Of a stretch of DNA of 64,000 bases, positions 26,791 through 36,029 are shown one piece after another. The notes beneath the pieces were generated by a model. That model was given only the letters and a program-made list of their open reading frames with translations, was not told the DNA's origin and ran no database searches. Source of the stretch: Planctomycetota bacterium. Lineage in GTDB: Bacteria; Planctomycetota; Phycisphaerae; WQYP01. The stretch covers positions 4,947 through 68,946 of the forward strand of contig JAJZDN010000019.1 of NCBI GenBank assembly GCA_021805985.1, written 5' to 3'. Every line of letters starts with the position of its first letter. Within the stretch, counting starts at the first letter, position 1. The position numbers were made by a program, and so were the translations under genes.

Positions 26791-28635
26791 TCAGTGCAGC
26801 AATCCATAGCAGTTCAACGCTTGGGTAGTGCTTACATAAACTCGACCATCGGCCACGGTGGGTGTAGAATTCATATCAATTTCGCGGCCCACAATCTTAT
26901 TGGACAGACCGTGGCGCCCTGTGCCGTTACTGCTGTCAAAAAGCTCAAAGCGAAGATTATTGGCACGATACGCCACAAGCCGATTGTTATTTCGGTTCAG
27001 CAACCAGACAATACCGTGGCGTTTTCCATTGGCAGATATCTCGGCGGTGGAACCGGGATAGGGGAATCTATCGCGTGATTCGGTAACGGGTTGAGGCGTG
27101 ATGTGCGCATGAGCGATAAGAAATGCTTTGGCGAAATCGGCGACTTCCGCGTAATAAATCCAGCCGCTGTGGCGATGCGGTCCTGCGAAAAAAGCCCCGG
27201 TGCTAAAGCCACTGCCCGTTGCGAGGGGTAATTCCTGAACCACCGCATTATAACCGGAGTGTCCGTTCCCTTTTTTGCCGCCGTGATATCCGCCCATATC
27301 ATTGCGATCCAGTAAATAAATCGTCCCCGGCTTATCGTTAATGACCAGCAGATGGCGATGACGCTTATCCCCCACCGATGCCGGCAGCAGCACCGGACTG
27401 GAAGATCCCAGATCAAGATCGCTGCGCAGGAGGTGATTTTCATCCTTTGGCACAAAATAATCCGCCACATGCAACCCAAAACCATTGGGGTTATCACGAT
27501 GTTGCCGCGTATCCGAATCTGGAACCAGCTTCAGGGCCGCATCGCCAAAGTCGCCCAACGCGGGTATCTGCAGATGCGACGAATCAACTTTAAGCCGATG
27601 GCGATAGGGTGCGGGGATAAGATGCGTTTCAAACGTACCGTTGCCGGTTTCAACAAACAGATTGCCTGCATGATCAACAGCAATGGGGCCTCCCCATATT
27701 CCTGCGGCCCAGCCACTGGGCGTCGCGCTCCAGACCGCTTTAACCGGTAAATTACCGTCCTGGTTTTTTACCGTTCCATACCCGAGGATCCATCCGTTAT
27801 AGGGTCCAATATCGCCCGGATCAGCACAGGCCATGTATAAAACATGATTAACCGGATCAATGGTGAGATAGCGGAATGTGATCTCAAAACCATAAAAATG
27901 ATCCAACTTACCATTGGCCTTGCGGACCGTTGGACCGGTGATGTATTGGCCGCGCGGCCCGCTTTCTGAAATTTTTATCTGGTGGGCATAAAATTTCCCG
28001 TTGCCAAGCCGCAGCGCAGACAGAACGTGAATCCAATGCAGTTGCCCATGGGTTCCCGGACCTTTCTCCGTTTCCTCACATTCCACATAAATGACACCGG
28101 TCGCCAGATCAATGGCCGGCGTGTCTTCCAAAGGTTCATTTTTTGCGGCCCAGTTGGGGTTTTCCTCCTGCGCTTTGACGGTATCCGAAGCGTTGTCAAA
28201 ATGTTTAAGCAGATTGCGTTTCCATAGCACTTGTCCGTTGTTGGCATTAATGGCATAAACGGCATCCCGGGAAGTAGTGGCAATGATGATGTTCTGCATG
28301 CCCGGATGTGGACCTGTCGTGATATTTACATGCGATACAAACAGCGGTTGGCCATAATCCACCCCGTTAAGCCGCGTGACAAACAGCTTTCCGAAAAGAC
28401 CCACGCGAACGTTGTGCGGGGTCAACACATGCTCCTGCAGGTTTTCGCCAGTGTTGGCCAGATCATTGTGATTAATGAGGATATTGACCGCCGCTTGCGC
28501 GCGCGGGGCGCCCAAAAGCATAAGCCCCAGGGAAACTCCGGTCAGGATAATATTAAATAAAGTTCTCCCGCGCTGCTGAACTCCCCGGATAAATGCCACC
28601 AGCAACTCGCGCGGACTGAAAAAATTACCACTCAT
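26791..28635 (-). CDS. secreted PQQ-like / beta-propeller repeat protein
   Basis: 614 aa with an N-terminal signal anchor and repeated motifs (AVYAINANNGQVLWKRNL, VYVECEETEKG.., LYMACADPG...) typical of PQQ-type beta-propeller blades. RBS AGGTGG. Confidence 0.5.
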   Translation of the reverse strand: MSGNFFSPRELLVAFIRGVQQRGRTLFNIILTGVSLGLMLLGAPRAQAAVNILINHNDLANTGENLQEHVLTPHNVRVGLFGKLFVTRLNGVDYGQPLFVSHVNITTGPHPGMQNIIIATTSRDAVYAINANNGQVLWKRNLLKHFDNASDTVKAQEENPNWAAKNEPLEDTPAIDLATGVIYVECEETEKGPGTHGQLHWIHVLSALRLGNGKFYAHQIKISESGPRGQYITGPTVRKANGKLDHFYGFEITFRYLTIDPVNHVLYMACADPGDIGPYNGWILGYGTVKNQDGNLPVKAVWSATPSGWAAGIWGGPIAVDHAGNLFVETGNGTFETHLIPAPYRHRLKVDSSHLQIPALGDFGDAALKLVPDSDTRQHRDNPNGFGLHVADYFVPKDENHLLRSDLDLGSSSPVLLPASVGDKRHRHLLVINDKPGTIYLLDRNDMGGYHGGKKGNGHSGYNAVVQELPLATGSGFSTGAFFAGPHRHSGWIYYAEVADFAKAFLIAHAHITPQPVTESRDRFPYPGSTAEISANGKRHGIVWLLNRNNNRLVAYRANNLRFELFDSSNGTGRHGLSNKIVGREIDMNSTPTVADGRVYVSTTQALNCYGLLH

Positions 28636-28772
28636 AGATCAGGACCACCTTTCAAAGGAAACTATAGCGATTCCGGGGGCACACGCAAGGCTGGCCCGGA
28701 GTAAAACTGGCTCCGCATCTTACCGCTATATACGATCATCGCCTGGAAAAGTTGGGCCTGTTGGGGGAGCAT

Positions 28773-29061
28773 CCCGCCATAGAGCACCGTGGTGATAACC
28801 CGATGGTTGGCCTGGGGACCAGGTTACGGGTTACGGGGGACAGTTACAGGGAGGGGGGTGTCAGTAATTGCAGTAATTGCAGTATTATCAGTACATTCAG
28901 AGTTTGGAACCTAGAACCTGGAATCTGGAATGTCGAACGTACTGCCAATACTGATAATACTGAATGTACCGCCAATACTGTCCCCTGTAACCCCGTCCGC
29001 CCCGTCCGCCCCGGCGGCACTGGATCAACCACCGGATTATCATCCGGTGCTCTACAAGATT
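28773..29061. mobile_element. MITE-like element (~290 bp) with terminal inverted repeats and internal microsatellites
   Basis: Left end gagcaccgtggtgataacccg...gggttacgggttacgggggacag; right end ctgtcccctgtaacccc...cggattatcatccggtgctc is its reverse complement. The interior has cagtaattgcagtaattgcag and ggaacctagaacctggaatctgg repeats. A reverse-oriented REP motif follows at 29075-29103. Confidence 0.6.
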
Positions 29062-29188
29062 AACACAGATTTTCGTCCGTAGCTCAATGCGGCAGCGTTG
29101 AGTTCGCGGCGGAATGCAATGCGATGACACGCCGTATTCCGCCCGTCGCAAACCGCTCCTCCTCAGATAATCTCTCCCGCGCGGGCGA

Positions 29189-29587
29189 TCAGTTAAATAG
29201 CCCGCGGTGTTTATAAATTTTGGAGCATGTCAGGCTGTAATGCTCCACCACGCCATGGCGATTAAATAAAATCACCAGCGATTTTCTGGTGCCGCGGGCG
29301 TTGGTTTCCACCGCGTTGATAAACGGGAGAAAATCGGTGGTTGTCAAATGTAGCCTGGTATAGTCATATTCCCATTGCTGACAGCCGTTGCTGTTATATG
29401 AAACCTTCAACGGATCACCAAGATCATCCTTTACCTGGCAGCTGGTGGTTTTTCCGCGAATAATTTTCCGCGAAACCTGTGATGCGGTGAGGTGGTCAAT
29501 CTGCTGATTGCCCTGACTCGAGCAACCAACCAGACCCGCGGATAACAGCGCCGCTATGGCAAGGATGGTAAAACGCACAGCTTTCAT
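29189..29587 (-). CDS. lipoprotein of unknown function
   Basis: MKAVRFTILAIAALLSAGLVGCSS lipobox, 132 aa. RBS AGGAG. Confidence 0.5.
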   Translation of the reverse strand: MKAVRFTILAIAALLSAGLVGCSSQGNQQIDHLTASQVSRKIIRGKTTSCQVKDDLGDPLKVSYNSNGCQQWEYDYTRLHLTTTDFLPFINAVETNARGTRKSLVILFNRHGVVEHYSLTCSKIYKHRGLFN

Positions 29588-29838
29588 AGCATGGACTCCT
29601 GTTGATTGATTGCACCTTTCTTAGTCCGTTCCGGCCGAACGGGACTGGAATCCAGTATATTGTCGGAGTTCACATCCAAAAGTCAATTAAAAAAACCGGA
29701 ATCCACGTTTGTTGTAAACTTCCGGAGCCGGTCTAAGTAATCGCAATCCTGGCCATGACTCGTAGAGGCTCCCGTATCGGATAACATATCGGATAACTGG
29801 TCTTGACTGGCAATCAGTATTAGTATATTATTAAACCA

Positions 29839-30327
29839 ATGAGCAGCGCATCCAATAGCTCCGGGGTGTCACAGAAACTAAACGTGCTGGTGCCTGACGC
29901 GCAGTTGCCGCGGGAAAATTGGCTGGCCATTGCCCGGGTCGATTCTCTGATGACCAAGCAGTTGGACCGCAGCTTGCGCGACATTGAGCTGACCATTTCT
30001 CAGTTTGAAGTGCTGATGATTTTAAACAGCAAAGCGGGTTTATCGCAGCAGGATTTGGCACAATGTCTGCTGGTTACCAAAGGAAATGTCTGCACGGTGC
30101 TGGGGCGGATGGAAAAAAACCAATGGATTGTCCGGCAGCAGGATCCGCATGATGGCCGCGCGCATTGTCTGCATCTGACGGAAAAGGGCCGGGAAATGGT
30201 TAAAAAAGCTGCCCCCTTGGCCGCCAAACAGGTGCGTCTGATGATGGACAGCTTATCGCTGGTACAACAAAGGGCGCTGCATGATTTGTTGGATCGCCTG
30301 GAGGGCTCCTTAGGCCATTGGGTGTGA
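29839..30327 (+). CDS. MarR-family transcriptional regulator
   Basis: LTISQFEVLMILNSKAGLSQQDLAQCLLVTKGNVCTVLGRMEKNQWIVRQQDPHDGRAHCLHLTEKG is a winged-HTH MarR pattern. The exact start is uncertain. Confidence 0.7.
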   Translation: MSSASNSSGVSQKLNVLVPDAQLPRENWLAIARVDSLMTKQLDRSLRDIELTISQFEVLMILNSKAGLSQQDLAQCLLVTKGNVCTVLGRMEKNQWIVRQQDPHDGRAHCLHLTEKGREMVKKAAPLAAKQVRLMMDSLSLVQQRALHDLLDRLEGSLGHWV

Positions 30328-30405
30328 CCCTTGGATTTGACTCTCTTCGGTGTAAAGTATAGTATTAAACCAGTTGGTGGTGATGTCTTTTTTCAGGAGC
30401 TTGTT

Positions 30406-31026
30406 ATGTCGGTTAAAGTTCACGTCGTATTTTACAGCATGTATGGCCACATCTGGCATATGGCCGAAGCTATTGCCGCCGGAGCGCGGGAAGTCAGCGG
30501 CGCGGAAGTAAAGATTTTCCGTGTGCCCGAAACCATCCCCGCGGATGTTCTTGAAAAGCACGGCGCCGCCGGAGCGCAAAAGGCCTTTGCCCATATTCCC
30601 GTTATCGCGCCGGCGGAGCTTACCCAAGCCGATGCCATCATTTTTGGTACCCCGACACGCTTCGGAAACATGGCCGCACAAATGCGGAATTTTCTGGATC
30701 AGACCGGCCAAATTTGGGCTACCGGTGGTCTGATTGGTAAAGTCGGCAGTGTTTTCGCCAGCTCCGCCTCACAGCACGGCGGCCAGGAAACCACCATTAC
30801 CAGTTTTCACTCCACCTTGCTGCATCATGGAATGGTCATTGTCGGCGTACCTTATTCTGAACAACGGCTCGTTGCCATGGATCAAATCACCGGCGGAACA
30901 CCGTACGGAGCCACCACCTTGGCCGGCCCAAAGGGTGAGCGCACCCCCAGTGAAAATGAACTGGCCATCGCCCGATTTCAAGGGAAACATGTTGCCCAGA
31001 TCGCCGCCAAGCTAGCGCGTAAGTAA
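30406..31026 (+). CDS. wrbA: NAD(P)H:quinone oxidoreductase WrbA (flavodoxin-like)
   Basis: [42 protein letters not shown]...[24 protein letters not shown] matches WrbA. RBS AGGAG. Terminator-like hairpin plus T-run at 31040-31066. Confidence 0.8.
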   Translation: MSVKVHVVFYSMYGHIWHMAEAIAAGAREVSGAEVKIFRVPETIPADVLEKHGAAGAQKAFAHIPVIAPAELTQADAIIFGTPTRFGNMAAQMRNFLDQTGQIWATGGLIGKVGSVFASSASQHGGQETTITSFHSTLLHHGMVIVGVPYSEQRLVAMDQITGGTPYGATTLAGPKGERTPSENELAIARFQGKHVAQIAAKLARK

Positions 31027-31082
31027 ACCGTGTGAAAAAAAGGTGTCAGGTACCTTTTTTCTTTAACGCGGTGCGCCCGCCG

Positions 31083-31331
31083 AGCACCGGATGATTAATC
31101 CGGTGGTTGATCCAGTGCCGCCGGGGCGGGCGGGGTTACAGGTTACGGGTTACAGGTTACAAGGGGACAAGTATTGGCGGTACATTCAGTATTATCAGTA
31201 TTGGCAGTACGTTCGACATTCCAGGTTCCAGGTTCCAGGTTCCAGGTTCTAGGTTCTAGGTTCTAGGTTCTAGGTTCCAATCCCTGAATGTACTGATAAT
31301 ACTGCAATTACTGGTTTATCACTGCGGTGCT
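31083..31331. mobile_element. MITE-like element of the same family as 28773-29061
   Basis: Left end gagcaccggatgattaatccggtggttgatccagtgccgcc...gggttacaggttacgggttacagg; interior ggttccagg/ggttctagg microsatellite; right end ...cactgcggtgctc. Confidence 0.6.
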
Positions 31332-31349
31332 CTATGACCCGATTGAAAA

Positions 31350-32501
31350 TCACGGCTTTGCCCGTACAGCCGATTTACCGGCTTTAATAAATGCGTCCAC
31401 CTGTTGTCCAACATACAGTGGAAACGGTGCCGAACCCATGCGGTAAACCACTTGCAGCACGCGGGTTTCAACTTGCTCGGTCGGAGCGCCGGTAAGATTC
31501 TGCTTGGGCACGACAAAAGGCTCAATACGTAAAAACGTCAATGGAATTTGCTGGCGTGTCATGCCGCGCACAAAGCACATGGCAGCTTCCGCAGGATTAA
31601 ATCTAGACGCATCTTCCTGATCTATTTGCAGCCGCACGTTTAAATGCCGAATATCTCCCAGAATGAGCGCCGCCAGCTGGGGATTGTCGGTGATGTTCTC
31701 TATCGCGGCGGTATCCGCAAATTGCCCGGGACGGATGTTAATGCGCAGAACTGTGCCATTAATGGGCGCACGGACTGTCAGTAAATCGAGACTGACCATC
31801 GCCTGTTCCAACTGCGCGTCATTGCCTGCAATCGTGGCGCGGGCAGCCAGCACCTGGGTTTTGGCGATGGTAATATCCCGGCTCCATGTGCCGGCATTAA
31901 ACTGTGCCAAATCGGCTTTCGCCTTTGCCAACTGCGCTTGGGCTGTCAGCCAGGCAAAGCGTCGATCCGCGACGTCATCAACGGATAGGGCATCCGTGCC
32001 GATCAACGGCTTGATGCGTTGCCAGCGCTGTTGGTCATTGCTATACGTGGCCTGGGCCGCCTGCACCGCCGCCAGATAGGTCAGGCGATCCACCGCGCGC
32101 GGCGGTGATTGCAGCTTTGCTAAATTGGCCTTGGCCTCCGCCAGTTGTGCCTGGGCTGTCAGTACCCCGGCTCGGGCCAACGCCACTTGCGCCTTGGCCT
32201 GCCGGGTATCCAGTTGAAAGAGTTTCTGCCCCTTAACCACCCGCTGATTCCATACGACAAATACATGCGTCACCACGCCGCTGATGAATGGCGAAACCGC
32301 GATGGTGCGGCTTTCAGGCTCAATAATGCCGGACGCGGCAATCGCGTTGGTATACGGATTCCCCGCTGGATGCACCGCCGGCGGAACTGACCGGTAATGA
32401 TGGGTACTGCGTTTTACCGCAATAACGCCAATAGCAGCGCCGGCGATGGCCAGAATAGGAACCAAATATTTCCGAATCATATATTTCCTCAAACAACTCA
32501 A
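31350..32501 (-). CDS. HlyD-family membrane fusion (periplasmic adaptor) protein, DevB/MacA-like
   Basis: N-terminal TM, long coiled coil (AKAQVALARAGVLTAQAQLAEAKANLAKL...) and a beta-barrel C-terminus. The ATG overlaps the ATPase stop (ATGA); an alternative ATG at 32480 has a good RBS. Confidence 0.8.
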   Translation of the reverse strand: MSCLRKYMIRKYLVPILAIAGAAIGVIAVKRSTHHYRSVPPAVHPAGNPYTNAIAASGIIEPESRTIAVSPFISGVVTHVFVVWNQRVVKGQKLFQLDTRQAKAQVALARAGVLTAQAQLAEAKANLAKLQSPPRAVDRLTYLAAVQAAQATYSNDQQRWQRIKPLIGTDALSVDDVADRRFAWLTAQAQLAKAKADLAQFNAGTWSRDITIAKTQVLAARATIAGNDAQLEQAMVSLDLLTVRAPINGTVLRINIRPGQFADTAAIENITDNPQLAALILGDIRHLNVRLQIDQEDASRFNPAEAAMCFVRGMTRQQIPLTFLRIEPFVVPKQNLTGAPTEQVETRVLQVVYRMGSAPFPLYVGQQVDAFIKAGKSAVRAKP

Positions 32502-33214
32502 GCTGCGCCGGTTACGACCGTATCAATAATTTTGCCATCTTCCATGTGGGCGATTCGATCGGAAAAGTGGAAAATGCGACTATCATGCGTCACCACAATC
32601 ACCGCCCGATCAGGCCGCACCGCGATGGTTTTAAGTAAACTGATGACCTGTTCGCCGGTCTTTCCGTCCAGAGCGCTGGTGGGTTCATCACATACCACCA
32701 GCTTAGGTTCGTGCACCAGCGCCCGAGCAAATGCGATACGTTGCTGCTGTCCGCCGGAAAGTTCACGGGGGTAGCTTGTCAGCCGCGTACCCAGTCCCAT
32801 TTTATCAAGGAAATCCCCCGCCCGATCCAATGCCCTCCGCCGCGGCCAGCCCAGTACCAACAGCGGTATGGCGGCATTTTCGACAGCCGTGAGTTGCGGC
32901 AAAAGATTAAACTGTTGAAATGCAAAGCCGACATTTCTTCCACGAAATCGGGCCTTAGCGTTGTTGCCCAAGGCCAGAAGATCCTGCCCAAATAGATGAA
33001 TCTCGCCGTCATCGTGATTCAAAATGCCGGCAATTACCGAAAGTAATGTGGTTTTACCACAGCCGGATGGCCCAACCAGCATCAGCAGTTCACCAGTGAA
33101 AACATCCAGTGTTACACCGGCCAACGCGTAATTAACCGCATTCCCCTGGCCGAAGGATTTTTTAACTCCGCGGCACTGCACCGCAACATTTCCCTGCTGC
33201 AAACTCATTGGCAC
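32498..33214 (-). CDS. ABC transporter ATP-binding protein (MacB/LolD/DevA-like)
   Basis: Walker A GPSGCGKTT, signature LSGGQQQR, Walker B LVVCDEPTSALD, H-loop VTHD. Confidence 0.85.
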   Translation of the reverse strand: MPMSLQQGNVAVQCRGVKKSFGQGNAVNYALAGVTLDVFTGELLMLVGPSGCGKTTLLSVIAGILNHDDGEIHLFGQDLLALGNNAKARFRGRNVGFAFQQFNLLPQLTAVENAAIPLLVLGWPRRRALDRAGDFLDKMGLGTRLTSYPRELSGGQQQRIAFARALVHEPKLVVCDEPTSALDGKTGEQVISLLKTIAVRPDRAVIVVTHDSRIFHFSDRIAHMEDGKIIDTVVTGAA

Positions 33215-33251
33215 CCCATGCGCTGTGGTAACTGCTGGTGGGTTTCACAAC

Positions 33252-34391
33252 TCATTTGAACACCACTGCCGGCTCAAGTTTCACAACCGATACCAACGAG
33301 AACAGACTGGCGAAAATAACAATGAAAATCATTCCAATTCCGGTTACGGCCATAATTTGCCATAGAAAAACCGCCAGCCGTTCGCTGGGCGGGGTAAAAT
33401 GCAAAATCAGCATGTTCGCCGCGCCGCTTATGCCAATTCCGATACCAAAGCCCAGTACCCCGGTAACAATCGCCTGCAGCAATACCATGCGGACAAGTGT
33501 GAAATCGGTTGCTCCCATGGCCTTTAGTGCGCCCAGGTACCGCAGATTATCATGCGTGAATTGATACAGCGTCTGGCCGGCAATGGCGATTCCAACCAAT
33601 GCGCCCAGGCTGATGGTAATGCAGAAATTGATCGGAATACCCGTTGATTTCATGTAATACCAGAATGTTTTACTGGCGATGCCAGCCTTGGTGTACGCCT
33701 CCAGCCCGGTGCGGTGCTCAATGCGCTGGCACAGAGCTGTGAAATTCTGCTTTGGCCGCGCCTTAACCAGTATTACCGCGAGCTGATGGCGCTGCGCGGG
33801 TGCCCAATTGGCGGCGCGACTATACGTGGTATAAATAATGGGTAGCCCCTGGAAACTTAAAGCGGTTCGGCACAACCCCGTTACTAATGCACGGTTGCCA
33901 TTAATCTGTATGGTTTGACCGGGCTTGATGTTGCCAAGTTTGTCCTGTGCATAGGCCGCATCTACCAGCACGCCATGCGATATTCTCAGCGCGTTAATGG
34001 TTATGCCGCCCAGCAATTTTGGCGGTCCGCCCGCCAGAGCCTGATCGCCCAGACCAAGTAGAAGACAGGTTTGAAATTTGCCATCCGAAAGCCGCACTTG
34101 AACATCCTGCCGGAATAGCCGCGTGGCCCATAAAACACCGGGTATCGCTTTAACCCGATATAGGTCATCCTCGCTCATGGGTCGCAGATCATCGACATCT
34201 TCCATGGGACGATTTGTCACCCAGATATCGGGCGTGCTGATGTTGGTCACAATGCCATAAGTGCTGCGCATCAGGCCGACGAAAATATTTAACTGCTGCG
34301 AAATAAGAAATGTCGCCAGCGCAATGCCGATAATAATACCAATATATTTAACGCGATCACCAACCAACATCCTCAGGGCGATAAAATTCAT
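33252..34391 (-). CDS. ABC transporter permease, FtsX/MacB-type (DevC-like)
   Basis: ~380 aa with an N-terminal TM, a large periplasmic domain and three C-terminal TM helices. Start at ATG 34391 after GGGAGA. Confidence 0.75.
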   Translation of the reverse strand: MNFIALRMLVGDRVKYIGIIIGIALATFLISQQLNIFVGLMRSTYGIVTNISTPDIWVTNRPMEDVDDLRPMSEDDLYRVKAIPGVLWATRLFRQDVQVRLSDGKFQTCLLLGLGDQALAGGPPKLLGGITINALRISHGVLVDAAYAQDKLGNIKPGQTIQINGNRALVTGLCRTALSFQGLPIIYTTYSRAANWAPAQRHQLAVILVKARPKQNFTALCQRIEHRTGLEAYTKAGIASKTFWYYMKSTGIPINFCITISLGALVGIAIAGQTLYQFTHDNLRYLGALKAMGATDFTLVRMVLLQAIVTGVLGFGIGIGISGAANMLILHFTPPSERLAVFLWQIMAVTGIGMIFIVIFASLFSLVSVVKLEPAVVFK

Positions 34392-34498
34392 GATTCGTTT
34401 CTCCCTAGGTTGGCCGCAAGACTTCCACAGTACCATTTGGGCGTAAAATCAGCCGCAGCATTTTAGGCGTGCCAGCGTGGCCGGGCTACTTCACGCTC

Positions 34499-34861
34499 TC
34501 ATGCTTTCATGCCAATCATGACCACACCAATTAAAATGAAAAGAATGCCCAGCCAGCGTTGCCGGGTCATGTGCTCTTTGAGGAAATATGCCGAACAGAA
34601 CGCGACTGTGGCAAAACAGATAGCACCCATCGGAAAGGCGATAATCAGCGGCATAAAATGTAACGTCCAGGTCCAGAAAATTGACTCGGCAATAAAGGAT
34701 ACAATCGCCGCCTGAGTCCAGTGGTTGGTGAGAATTTGCCGCAGTATGCCACCGGCTCCCGGCGGCATTCCGCGGGTGCCGACTTTCATGGTCACCTGTC
34801 CCACTGTTTCCAAAACCACCGCGCCGGAAAAACTCAGCAGCCCCGTCCAATACACGTTCAT
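34499..34861 (-). CDS. small EamA/DMT-superfamily 4-TM transporter (ArnE/ArnF-like)
   Basis: 120 aa, four TM helices. ATGA overlap with the upstream paralog. Confidence 0.5.
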   Translation of the reverse strand: MNVYWTGLLSFSGAVVLETVGQVTMKVGTRGMPPGAGGILRQILTNHWTQAAIVSFIAESIFWTWTLHFMPLIIAFPMGAICFATVAFCSAYFLKEHMTRQRWLGILFILIGVVMIGMKA

Positions 34862-35298
34862 CCAGTCGCCTCCGAAGTACCCGGCGGCTGCTGCGCGGCC
34901 ATGACCCGCCGGGGCGACTCGGACGGCGTGCGACTAACCAGAACCACTCCAACCAACACCAGGGCGATACCGCAAAATTGAAGCGGATCCAGATTTTCTG
35001 AAAAAAGCCAATGGGAACTTATCGCCACGACAATATAGCTTAAGGCTGTGATTGGCTGGACAAAGCTTAAATCCGCCAAAGCCAGAACCATCATCCAGTT
35101 AAACAACTGCCAGACGTGTAATAGCAGGCTCAGCAGAAATAGAGGTTTAATCAGCGTAGCCCCCAGAGCATGCGCCATTCCGCCGTGCTGGGGAACTGAG
35201 GCACGCCAGCACAGTTGCACGCTGGTGTCCAGAGAAATCGCCAGAAAAAGCCCGATCCACAGCAGTAGCCGGGGACGCTTTGGAGCAGGAATGCTCAC
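34858..35298 (-). CDS. small EamA/DMT-superfamily transporter, paralog (ArnE/ArnF-like)
   Basis: 146 aa, four TM helices. GTG start overlapping the SGNH gene stop. Confidence 0.45.
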   Translation of the reverse strand: MSIPAPKRPRLLLWIGLFLAISLDTSVQLCWRASVPQHGGMAHALGATLIKPLFLLSLLLHVWQLFNWMMVLALADLSFVQPITALSYIVVAISSHWLFSENLDPLQFCGIALVLVGVVLVSRTPSESPRRVMAAQQPPGTSEATG

Positions 35299-36029
35299 GC
35301 TTTAAATCCCATCTCCGCGGAGCGGGATTGTTCCAGTACCGTTTGAAGGACCACCGCTAATTCGCCGGCGATCAGCGCATGGGCATGATCGTTGGGATGC
35401 ACGCCATCGGGCCCGGATACGCTTTCCGGTGGCAAGCGGCTTAGCGACGTGCCGTACCGCACAAACGGGCAATCCAGTTCCGCGGCTACTTCTGCAGCTG
35501 CTACGCGATACACTTCCAGTTCCCTATCGGATACCGGCTGCCCTCCATGCCCCTGGATCATCGCGCTGACATCTTTGCCGCTTAATTGCGATAAATATCG
35601 GCCGCGAATTTCCAGCGAGTGATTAGGCATATCCGTGAGAATCGGCCGCGATCCGGCGGCGATTATTTTATGCGCAATTTTTGTCAAGTTGGCGGCATAT
35701 CGATCCACGCGAATGCGATTCTGTACAATTTTTCCGTTGCTGATAACAAAACGTTTCCACAGCAAATCCACATCATTGCCGCCCAGCATCACCAGCACCG
35801 CATCAGGATGGTGCTCCTGCAGCAAGGGGTCCATAAGTTCCACCGCGTCGGCTGTGGTGCGATGAATGTCCGCGTCCACAATAAATTTGATGTCCGGCAA
35901 TTGTGTCCGGAGGATATCCAGATAGCTCCGCTGGACGCGACCCGTTACATCGGTGCCACGGATTTCTGCAATTCCCAGGCTGATGCTGTCGCCGACAATC
36001 AATAACGTTCGCTGTTGTTTATCAGGCAT
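35295..36029 (-). CDS. SGNH/GDSL-family hydrolase
   Basis: LLIVGDSISLG (GDS block I), GGNDV (block III) and DGVHPN (block V with the catalytic His). Confidence 0.7.
   Translation of the reverse strand: MPDKQQRTLLIVGDSISLGIAEIRGTDVTGRVQRSYLDILRTQLPDIKFIVDADIHRTTADAVELMDPLLQEHHPDAVLVMLGGNDVDLLWKRFVISNGKIVQNRIRVDRYAANLTKIAHKIIAAGSRPILTDMPNHSLEIRGRYLSQLSGKDVSAMIQGHGGQPVSDRELEVYRVAAAEVAAELDCPFVRYGTSLSRLPPESVSGPDGVHPNDHAHALIAGELAVVLQTVLEQSRSAEMGFKA

Noticed and set aside
28752-29151. ORFs 28752-29063(+), 28844-29032(-), 28897-29151(-)
   Set aside because: Inside the 290-bp MITE-like element and the adjacent REP motif.
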